A DNA stretch of 64,000 nt, from assembly GCA_964584305.1 (NCBI GenBank), contig CAZOZL010000002.1, positions 211,336 to 275,335 on the forward strand. The letters run 5' to 3'. The notes beneath the pieces were generated by a model. The model saw nothing but the letters and a program-made list of their open reading frames with translations. It did not search any database and was not told the origin of the DNA. The position numbers and the translations under genes are program-made. This DNA comes from an uncultured Burkholderiales bacterium (GTDB lineage: Bacteria; Bacteroidota; Bacteroidia; UBA8524). Numbering within the stretch: position 1 is the first letter of the stretch; each line of letters begins with the position of its first letter. Of the stretch, positions 57,067-64,000 are shown in pieces.

Positions 57067-58467
57067 ATGTATATAGAACAACTTTATACCAACTGTTTAG
57101 CGCAAGCTACTTATTATATAGAATCAGAAGGTGAGGCCGTAATAATTGACCCCCTAAGAGATACCAACGACTATATAGCCATGGCAAAAGAACGTGGCGC
57201 AACCATTAAATATATTTTAGAGACACATTTCCATGCCGATTTTGTTTCGGGGCATATTGATTTGGCAAAACAAACGGGTGCAACCATAGTTTTTGGACCT
57301 ACCGCTAAAACAGGTTTCCCTATTCACGAAGCAAAAGATGGTGAAATACTTAAAGTAGGCAAAATTACCATAGAAGTACTGCACACACCTGGGCATACGC
57401 CTGAATCATCTTGCTTTTTACTGTATGATGAAAAAGGCTTACCCCACTGCATTTTCACAGGCGACACCTTGTTTGTAGGTGATGTAGGTCGCCCTGATTT
57501 GTTGGACGGTACAATGAGTAAAGAAGAATTGGCAGGCATGATGTACGACTCGCTAAACAACAAAATAAAACCCCTTCCTGATGATTTAACCGTTTACCCA
57601 GCGCATGGTCCTGGCTCTGCCTGCGGTAAGAACATAGGACAGGAAACCTATACTACCATTGGGCAGCAAAAGAAACTGAACTACGCCATGCAGGATATGG
57701 ACAAAGCTACTTTTATAAAAGTACTTACTGATGCTTTGCCACCTGCCCCCAACTACTTTTTTAAAGATGCTACTATGAACAAAGTAGGATATACTTCTTT
57801 TGAAGATGTAGTAGCAAAAGGCTTAACCCCGCTAACACTAAAAGATTTTGAAAAAGAAGCCAATGAAACTTTAATAATAGATTGCCGCAAGAGCATTGAT
57901 TTTGAAGCAGGTTTTATACCCAATGCGATAAGTGTGAGTTTAGACGGACAATTTGCCATTTGGGCAGCCTCTGTTGCCGATATAGCAAAACCTGTGATAT
58001 TAGTATGTGAAAACGGCACTGAAGAAGAAGCCGTAACCCGCCTTGCCCGAACTGGTTTTGAGCATATTAAAGGCTACCTTAAAGGTGGTTTTGCAACATG
58101 GAAAAAAGGCAAACACCCTATTGATATTTTAATTTCTATTGAACCTGATGAGTTGGAAGTGGATTATAAGCACGGTAAAATACAAGTATTGGATGTGCGA
58201 AAAGCCAGCGAGTTTAAAGAATCGCATATAAAAAATGCTAAATGGCTTACTTTGCAGGACTTAGAAAACCAAATAAACACTTTGGATAAAATTACCGACT
58301 ACTATGTGTACTGTGCTGGCGGCTACCGCTCGGTAGTGGCTTCATCAATATTAAAAAAACATGGTTTCACGAGGATTCGTAATGTTTACGGTGGTTTTAA
58401 TAAAATAAAAGAAACAGAAATACCGTTAGTAAATAACGTAGCCTCCAAAAAAACTATAAAGGTTTAA
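57067..58467 (+). CDS. MBL-fold metallo-hydrolase fused to two rhodanese domains (persulfide dioxygenase-rhodanese fusion type)
   Basis: The H-x-H-x-D-H motif (THFHADFVSGH), then rhodanese active-site Cys loops (CRKSIDF; CAGGYRS). Confidence 0.85.
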   Translation: MYIEQLYTNCLAQATYYIESEGEAVIIDPLRDTNDYIAMAKERGATIKYILETHFHADFVSGHIDLAKQTGATIVFGPTAKTGFPIHEAKDGEILKVGKITIEVLHTPGHTPESSCFLLYDEKGLPHCIFTGDTLFVGDVGRPDLLDGTMSKEELAGMMYDSLNNKIKPLPDDLTVYPAHGPGSACGKNIGQETYTTIGQQKKLNYAMQDMDKATFIKVLTDALPPAPNYFFKDATMNKVGYTSFEDVVAKGLTPLTLKDFEKEANETLIIDCRKSIDFEAGFIPNAISVSLDGQFAIWAASVADIAKPVILVCENGTEEEAVTRLARTGFEHIKGYLKGGFATWKKGKHPIDILISIEPDELEVDYKHGKIQVLDVRKASEFKESHIKNAKWLTLQDLENQINTLDKITDYYVYCAGGYRSVVASSILKKHGFTRIRNVYGGFNKIKETEIPLVNNVASKKTIKV

Positions 58468-58483
58468 ACCCTTCATTTATTTA

Positions 58484-59200
58484 GTGCAAACCAGTTTAGT
58501 AAATAATATCCGCTATTTTTTCATACAATTGTTTTGCCTGCTCGTCTTTTGTTTAATAGCCCAACAACCCAAAGCACAAATAAAACACTGGGATACCATA
58601 AAGCACTATGTAAGCACTGCAAAACCTACCTTTGCGCTTGAACTTGATGGCAGACAAAGTTTTTTTAGAGAGATACCCGTTACCATTGATGGGATAAGAA
58701 TAGGGGCTGATTTTGGTAACCGTGTTCGTTTTTTTATTGGTGGCTACTGGAATAGCAATACAGTATCACGCACACTTACCATTAATAGATACACCCCTGC
58801 TGAAAGAAAAATTAAGCAAGATTTGTCTATGTTTTATATTAGTGCAACGGTCGAGTATGTTTTTTATACCACCAAACACTGGGAGCTGGCTGTACCTGTA
58901 CAATTGGGTTTTGGTAGTGGTAAACGTACCCGCTACGATGCCACCACCAACAATAAAATAGAGCAGATACGTGCTGGTTTTGTACCGCTTGAATTTGGTT
59001 TTAAAGCCATGTATAAAATAACCGACTGGCTTAATATTAGCGTGGGATTGGGATATAGGTATGCCTTGTTTTCAAGCACCGTTAGCGATGATTTTAGTGC
59101 CGCATATTATACCTACGGTATAGGTATTTCTCCTATAAAAATATTAAAAAAAGTAGGGCTTTTAGAAGAAAAAGACGGAAAATTGAGGCTTAAACAATAA
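58484..59200 (+). CDS. Hypothetical secreted protein, possible small outer-membrane beta-barrel
   Basis: Signal peptide, alternating hydrophobic beta-strand pattern and an aromatic-rich C-terminal half. Confidence 0.4.
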   Translation: MQTSLVNNIRYFFIQLFCLLVFCLIAQQPKAQIKHWDTIKHYVSTAKPTFALELDGRQSFFREIPVTIDGIRIGADFGNRVRFFIGGYWNSNTVSRTLTINRYTPAERKIKQDLSMFYISATVEYVFYTTKHWELAVPVQLGFGSGKRTRYDATTNNKIEQIRAGFVPLEFGFKAMYKITDWLNISVGLGYRYALFSSTVSDDFSAAYYTYGIGISPIKILKKVGLLEEKDGKLRLKQ

Positions 59201-59204
59201 TACC

Positions 59205-60011
59205 TTGCCACAAACAATTATATACCACAATTCTACAATAGCCTACCAAATTTTTGGAACGGGTAAGGAATTGCTGATTGCCTTTCATGGTTATGGAAAG
59301 GATGCACAATCACTAAAAGTGCTGGAAAAGCAGTGTAGCAAAAAATTTACTATACTTAGTATTGATTTATTTTTTCATGGGTTTAGTGAGTGGAAAGAAC
59401 CAAAAGAACCCACACAAAAAGACTGGAAAGCCATCATTATCCAACTATTAGCCGTTTTTAATAATCCTGCTAAATTTTCTGTTTTTGGGTATAGCATTGG
59501 TGGGCAAGCAGCTACCTGCACCGCATGGTTGTTTAAAGAACAGATTAACACACTTTGGCTAATGGCTGCAACAGGTGTAGGCAACGATGGGTGGTATCAC
59601 TTAGCCGTAAATACCAACTTGGGAAACTCGCTTTTTAAAAAATTTATAGCTGCCCCCAACTTTATTTTATCTCCGCTAAAGTGGTTCACCGTTTTACGCA
59701 TATTTTCCCCTGCATATAAAGCCTTTATAGAGCGTAAAATTGACACGGAAGAAAAACGCGCCTTGCTTTATAAACGCTGGATGGTTTTAAAAAATTTTGG
59801 TGTTTATTCCAGCAAGCTCAAAAATAGCTTGAACAAAAATAATAGTACTGTGCTTTTAGTATATGGCAAAAAAGATACCGTAGTTACACCGCAGGCAGGT
59901 AAACTATTTGCAAAAGGAATACGCAATATTACCTTACTGCTGCCCAATGAAGGACACCACATACTTACTGATGAAGTATTAAAAGAAGCCTTCTTAAAAT
60001 TTAAGCTGTAA
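59205..60011 (+). CDS. alpha/beta hydrolase fold protein
   Basis: HGYG oxyanion region and the nucleophile elbow GYSIGG. A C-terminal His (GHH) is present. Confidence 0.8.
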   Translation: MPQTIIYHNSTIAYQIFGTGKELLIAFHGYGKDAQSLKVLEKQCSKKFTILSIDLFFHGFSEWKEPKEPTQKDWKAIIIQLLAVFNNPAKFSVFGYSIGGQAATCTAWLFKEQINTLWLMAATGVGNDGWYHLAVNTNLGNSLFKKFIAAPNFILSPLKWFTVLRIFSPAYKAFIERKIDTEEKRALLYKRWMVLKNFGVYSSKLKNSLNKNNSTVLLVYGKKDTVVTPQAGKLFAKGIRNITLLLPNEGHHILTDEVLKEAFLKFKL

Positions 60012-62498
60012 TTGTAATTTCACCCCAAATGGGCGTGCATTTGGATTATCAAGGTGGGTAATTCTGTGAATAAAATCAACCCTAATTATTTTAAAGATGT
60101 TTTCAACACCGTATCCTAATTCAACATAGGGTTCACGGTTTATTTCTCCAAATCCAGATACGGGTCTGCCTTGTGCATCATTTTTGGGTAATAGTGCTAA
60201 ATTTTCTTTGGTTACAGAACCCCAAACCCCTTTACCAGTAGCAAACAGCCTTAATTTCCATTTTTTAATTAGTGGCATTCTGTTGGTAAAAAAACCATCA
60301 AAATGATGCTCGTAGTTTAAGGCTACATATTGGTCGGTAACAAACTCAAAAAAGTTCATCAAGTTGTAGGCATTTCTACTACTCACAAAAGCCTCGTTAC
60401 CCCTTTGTACAAACAAAAGCGGATAGGGCAATGGGTTAAAAACTTTCCCTGCTGTTAGTATATAGTTTCCTTGCCCAAGCGTACCAAATACAATATACTG
60501 GCGCAGTTTTATATCTACCTTATCATAATTAAAACCACCATCAAAAACATCTTTTATCCCACGGGTATAGGCTATATCAAGTTGTGGGGCAAAGCTATTG
60601 CCAATACTTACCCTATTATTTCCATTAATAATAAAAAGCTCTTTCATGGCTATGCGTAGTTTTGCTGTAACCGAAGTATTGATAAAACTGTTTGAGACAA
60701 CAGGGTTGTTAGGGTCTTCTGTATTGGTAATGTAGGCAAAGTTAAAATCACGAATGGGAGTAAATGAGTAAGATTTATTTCTCACTGTCAACCTGCCTGT
60801 AAATCCTTTCCTAAACTCTCGGCTTGCCCATGCTTTATAGTCAATGGTTCTATTTAGTTGATCTGCCTGAAAAAGGGCTATTTGATTAAACAAGTTACTG
60901 GTAGAGTAATCTTGGTCGGTTACTCCTATTTGCTCTACATCATCTTTGTACGATATACTAAAGGTAGTCCAGTGTTTTCTTGATAATATCCTATCAATTT
61001 GCCCGCTATACTTAAACCTTCCATCACGCGTTCCATAGGCTAAATAGCCTCTCACCGTCCATTTTTTACTAAAATACTCATTGGTTCTAAAACCAAACCT
61101 AAAGCGGTTACCCTCAAGATTGTTAAATCCATATAATAAAGAGTAAGGACCTAAATCTACCTTGCCTACCTCTTTGTATCCGCTAACAATAATATCAACG
61201 TATTCAATCCATGTTTTAACGGCGGGTAAATTGCGTAAGGTATCCACCATTTGATATACGCGTTTTTCAGACTCGCTTATTTTTTCGTGACGATTTTCGT
61301 CCCAAAATTCTTTATCAAATTGTGTAGCGTCTTCAGCTACCTCTAAAGGTGTATCATAAAATTTTTTGGGCTTGGGTTGGTTTACTACAAAATCTCTGTT
61401 TGAAGTATAAAATAGTGCCACCATACCGGGTGAATTTTCACTAATTTCTTGAATACTAAGTAATACCCTAGTTTTTGAGGGCAACCAAGGACCTGCGCTG
61501 GTTTGTTCTAACTCTTGCTGAATTTTAAATTTATCAATAAAGTTAAGATTAGCTTGGCTACCAATTTTTAAAATCACCCGTTTTATGGCATAGGTAGAGT
61601 CTTGTATCCAAATTTTACCTTTAAATGCCAAATCGCCCGCTCTTTTAGGATTTACCTGTATCTCGTAGCACGGTTTTCCATCTATTTCTATGGTATCACG
61701 CAGTGTAAAAATATAAAAGTTTAATGATGCGCTGGCTATAGGCGATACAAAGTTCTTATCTAAAATATTTATCCAATTTGCATAAAAATTATACTGCTGA
61801 AAACTTGACCCTATAATTTGTGATATTACACTACCATCAGTAACACCTACGCCAACAATTTTTGTTGCCTTTATATATTCTCTAACACGGCGAGGTTTTT
61901 TTAGCACATAATAATCTGAAAGGGTTTCAGAAATAAATACGGGCAATACGGGTCGTCCATTTTCTGCAAGATGTGCCAGTGTATCAAACAGTGGTAGTAT
62001 TGGCTGCATTAGCTTTCTTTTCCTAATTTTTTCAGAAAGGTTATCTATTGCTAATTGTACTTTTGTAAAACTTTCGTATTGGTATGCTTCTAAAGATTTA
62101 TACTCGTTTATTTTTCTTCTTTTTTGTGCCCACTTAATAATTGTATTGGCGGGGTTTTCGCCCGGTCGCACTATTACCTCTTCAACTTCGGCAACGGCTT
62201 CAACCAACTGAAAATTTATAGTTTGTGTAATCCCTTTTTTTACTGGTTTTATTTGGGTTACAAACCCTAAAAAAGAGACTCTAATACTATCTGCTTTTTG
62301 GGTGGTTTTTAGGGTAAAATAGCCATCAAAATCTGTTGTTATACCTATGGAAGTACCCAAAAATAAAACACTTACATAAGGTATTGCCTCGCTTGTATTA
62401 GCATCAATCACACGCCCTTTTACCACTGTTTGCTGTGCCATAGCCTGCACCGCTCCAAACAATACAACAAATACTATGTAAATGTATTTTACCACCAA
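59994..62498 (-). CDS. Outer-membrane protein with an N-terminal CarboxypepD_reg domain and a large beta-barrel (DUF5686-like)
   Basis: Signal peptide, VVKGRVIDANTSEAIPYVSV (carboxypeptidase-regulatory-like domain), about 830 aa, and a C-terminal aromatic residue (…LQLQLKF). Confidence 0.7.
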   Translation of the reverse strand: MVVKYIYIVFVVLFGAVQAMAQQTVVKGRVIDANTSEAIPYVSVLFLGTSIGITTDFDGYFTLKTTQKADSIRVSFLGFVTQIKPVKKGITQTINFQLVEAVAEVEEVIVRPGENPANTIIKWAQKRRKINEYKSLEAYQYESFTKVQLAIDNLSEKIRKRKLMQPILPLFDTLAHLAENGRPVLPVFISETLSDYYVLKKPRRVREYIKATKIVGVGVTDGSVISQIIGSSFQQYNFYANWINILDKNFVSPIASASLNFYIFTLRDTIEIDGKPCYEIQVNPKRAGDLAFKGKIWIQDSTYAIKRVILKIGSQANLNFIDKFKIQQELEQTSAGPWLPSKTRVLLSIQEISENSPGMVALFYTSNRDFVVNQPKPKKFYDTPLEVAEDATQFDKEFWDENRHEKISESEKRVYQMVDTLRNLPAVKTWIEYVDIIVSGYKEVGKVDLGPYSLLYGFNNLEGNRFRFGFRTNEYFSKKWTVRGYLAYGTRDGRFKYSGQIDRILSRKHWTTFSISYKDDVEQIGVTDQDYSTSNLFNQIALFQADQLNRTIDYKAWASREFRKGFTGRLTVRNKSYSFTPIRDFNFAYITNTEDPNNPVVSNSFINTSVTAKLRIAMKELFIINGNNRVSIGNSFAPQLDIAYTRGIKDVFDGGFNYDKVDIKLRQYIVFGTLGQGNYILTAGKVFNPLPYPLLFVQRGNEAFVSSRNAYNLMNFFEFVTDQYVALNYEHHFDGFFTNRMPLIKKWKLRLFATGKGVWGSVTKENLALLPKNDAQGRPVSGFGEINREPYVELGYGVENIFKIIRVDFIHRITHLDNPNARPFGVKLQLQLKF

Positions 62499-62505
62499 AT
62501 ATGAA

Positions 62506-63186
62506 CTATTTTATTAGAGTAATAGTAAATTTTAAGTCTTTTACGGGGCGGTCTCCACGCCCTGTTTGCACTGCTGCAATTTTATCAATTACGTCCATAC
62601 CTTCAACAACTTCACCAAATACAGTGTATTGCATATCCAAAAATGGGGTGCCGCCTATTGTTTTGTATATTTCTATTTGCTCTAGCGTGTATTTCACGCC
62701 TGTTTGCATTGATAGTCTTTGTAGTTCATCCTCGGTTTGTGTTTTTCCATCTACAATATAAAACTGGCAGCCACTACTTTCTTTTTTAGGGTTCACCGCA
62801 TCGCCTTGCCTAGCGGCGGCTAAAGCTCCTTTTTTATGAATCAAGGCACTATCAAACTCGGCTGGTGTGGTATAGCCTATATCGCCTGCTCCTAACATTT
62901 TGCCTGCTGGCGCACCTTTAGAGTCTGGGTCGCCCCCTTGTATCATAAAATCGCCTATAATTCTATGAAACAGTAAATCTTTATAAAAATCATCTTTTAT
63001 TAGTTTTATAAAGTTATCACGGTGTAGTGGCGTTTCATTATATAGTTTCAATACTATTTTGCCGTATTCTGTTTCTATTTGTACTTTTTGTTCTTTCACT
63101 TTTTTCTTAAATAATTTAATACCACAACCCAACGAGAGTAATACTATAAGGGCAAAAAGAGTTTTTTTATTATTAATTGCTTTCAT
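62506..63186 (-). CDS. Cyclophilin-type peptidyl-prolyl cis-trans isomerase, lipoprotein
   Basis: Lipobox LSLGCG and cyclophilin motifs (HRIIGDFMIQGGDP; FYI; MDV). Confidence 0.9.
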   Translation of the reverse strand: MKAINNKKTLFALIVLLSLGCGIKLFKKKVKEQKVQIETEYGKIVLKLYNETPLHRDNFIKLIKDDFYKDLLFHRIIGDFMIQGGDPDSKGAPAGKMLGAGDIGYTTPAEFDSALIHKKGALAAARQGDAVNPKKESSGCQFYIVDGKTQTEDELQRLSMQTGVKYTLEQIEIYKTIGGTPFLDMQYTVFGEVVEGMDVIDKIAAVQTGRGDRPVKDLKFTITLIK

Positions 63187-63263
63187 GTTATTTAAAAATA
63201 TCTCTTCACTTAAAGACTTGGTTTGCTTGCTAATGGTTTCGGGTGATAATGCAAATGTTATTC

Positions 63264-64000
63264 CTATTCTTGTTCGGCTTCTATTAAAGTAATGTTAAAT
63301 TTAACATCGCTCACAGGTCTATTGCTATTACTTATTTGTACAGCAGCAATTTTATCTATCACCTCCAACCCTTCTATTACTTCACCAAATACGGTATAGT
63401 CCATATCAAGCTGTGGCGTTCCCCCAACAGTAGCATAGGTTTCCAATTGCTTTTGTGTGTAGGTAAACCCTTTACTTGCTGAAAATGCTTTTAGCTGTTG
63501 GGCGTGTGCGGGTTGCCCTTGTACAATATAAAACTGGCTACCACTACTTTCTTTTGCTGGATTTGAAGGTCCACCAAGCCTAGCCGCTGCTAATGCCCCT
63601 TTTTTGTGTACTAATTTCAAATTAAACTCGGCAGGTATGGTATAGCCAGGACCACCCGAACCTAAATTAACACTTGGAGCTGCCCCTTTTGAAGCAGGGT
63701 CTCCGCCTTGTATCATAAAGCTTTGTATTACTCTATGAAACAGTAAGTCTTTATAAAAACCCTCTTTTATTAGTTTTATAAAGTTATCACGATGCTTTGG
63801 TGTTTCATCATATAGTTTCAATACCATATCACCGTACTCGGTAGTTATTTTTACTTTTTGGTTCAATATTTCTTCTACTTCTTGGGGCGTTTCCGTCGGT
63901 TCTGCCTCAACAGTTGCTATTTGCTCTGTTTTGTTAGTATCCGTAGCTTCATCGTTATGCTTGGTAGTTTTGTTTTTACAAGCAGTAACAAGGAGAACGC
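63264..64000 (-). CDS. Second cyclophilin-type PPIase lipoprotein (tandem paralogue); N-terminus extends past the window edge
   Basis: Cyclophilin motifs (HRVIQSFMIQGGDP). The frame stays open upstream of the ORF-track TTG start to position 64000 and encodes ...LLVTACKNKTTKHNDEATD..., i.e. a lipoprotein signal plus linker. Confidence 0.85.
   Translation of the reverse strand, partial: VLLVTACKNKTTKHNDEATDTNKTEQIATVEAEPTETPQEVEEILNQKVKITTEYGDMVLKLYDETPKHRDNFIKLIKEGFYKDLLFHRVIQSFMIQGGDPASKGAAPSVNLGSGGPGYTIPAEFNLKLVHKKGALAAARLGGPSNPAKESSGSQFYIVQGQPAHAQQLKAFSASKGFTYTQKQLETYATVGGTPQLDMDYTVFGEVIEGLEVIDKIAAVQISNSNRPVSDVKFNITLIEAEQE

Noticed and set aside
63264-63866. Complete 200-aa cyclophilin starting at TTG 63866
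   Set aside because: The reading frame stays open to the window edge and encodes a lipoprotein signal and linker upstream. The gene is 5'-truncated by the window.
1-64000. Search for mobile elements, tRNA or CRISPR as markers of an island
   Set aside because: No transposase, integrase or recombinase-like ORF was found. There is no tRNA-like cloverleaf in the intergenic regions and no spacer-repeat array. The locus appears to be a chromosomal variable glycan locus rather than a mobile island.

Overview
This is a low-GC, Bacteroidetes-type chromosomal segment (probably Flavobacteriia or Sphingobacteriia), judged from T9SS C-terminal sorting domains, an XrtF-type exosortase pair, a CarboxypepD_reg outer-membrane protein and lipoprotein cyclophilins. 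Every identification was made by eye from the translated ORFs and raw sequence, and no database search was run. About 44 kb (coordinates ~6.0-49.9 kb) is one densely packed, minus-strand polysaccharide (capsule or O-antigen-like) biosynthesis supercluster. It is headed by wza-wzc, and the Wzc tyrosine tail is an unusual near-perfect (GY)n microsatellite. After a winged-helix gene, the next block encodes UDP-GlcNAc(A) precursors and a nonulosonic-acid (sialic-acid-like) set: NeuB/NeuC/NeuA homologues, a 2-hydroxyacid dehydrogenase, a PseA/WbuX-HisH-HisF acetamidino module, a methyltransferase and Wzx. It is followed by a putative activated phospho-substituent module (TagF-like transferase, fused nucleotidyltransferase-kinase, HAD phosphatase, second nucleotidyltransferase). 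A 408-bp internal regulatory gap with Wzy and a GT2 just upstream separates this from a second sub-operon with N-acyl editing genes (two deacetylases, two formyltransferase-fold proteins, a FemAB/GNAT didomain protein, a CapK-like adenylating enzyme and an odd alpha/alpha-toroid protein), then an L-FucNAc-like FnlC/WbuB pair, the WecA-like initiating transferase, and finally an XrtF exosortase pair and a large polytopic membrane protein. The left flank is a giant secreted PKD-repeat adhesin-like protein with a GTG start, truncated by the window edge, plus a small decay zone (orphan HMA chaperone, truncated GNAT). The right flank is housekeeping: asd, a T9SS-CTD protein, rpmH-rnpA-yidD, an S41 protease, TauE, tsaB, an MBL-rhodanese fusion, an alpha/beta hydrolase, a DUF5686-like outer-membrane protein and tandem cyclophilins. 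No CRISPR, tRNA, transposase or integrase was found. The best candidates for undescribed biology are the XrtF sorting pair inside the glycan operon, the GY-microsatellite Wzc tail, the FMT-fold/toroid/CapK trio, and the fused nucleotidyltransferase-kinase phospho-substituent module.
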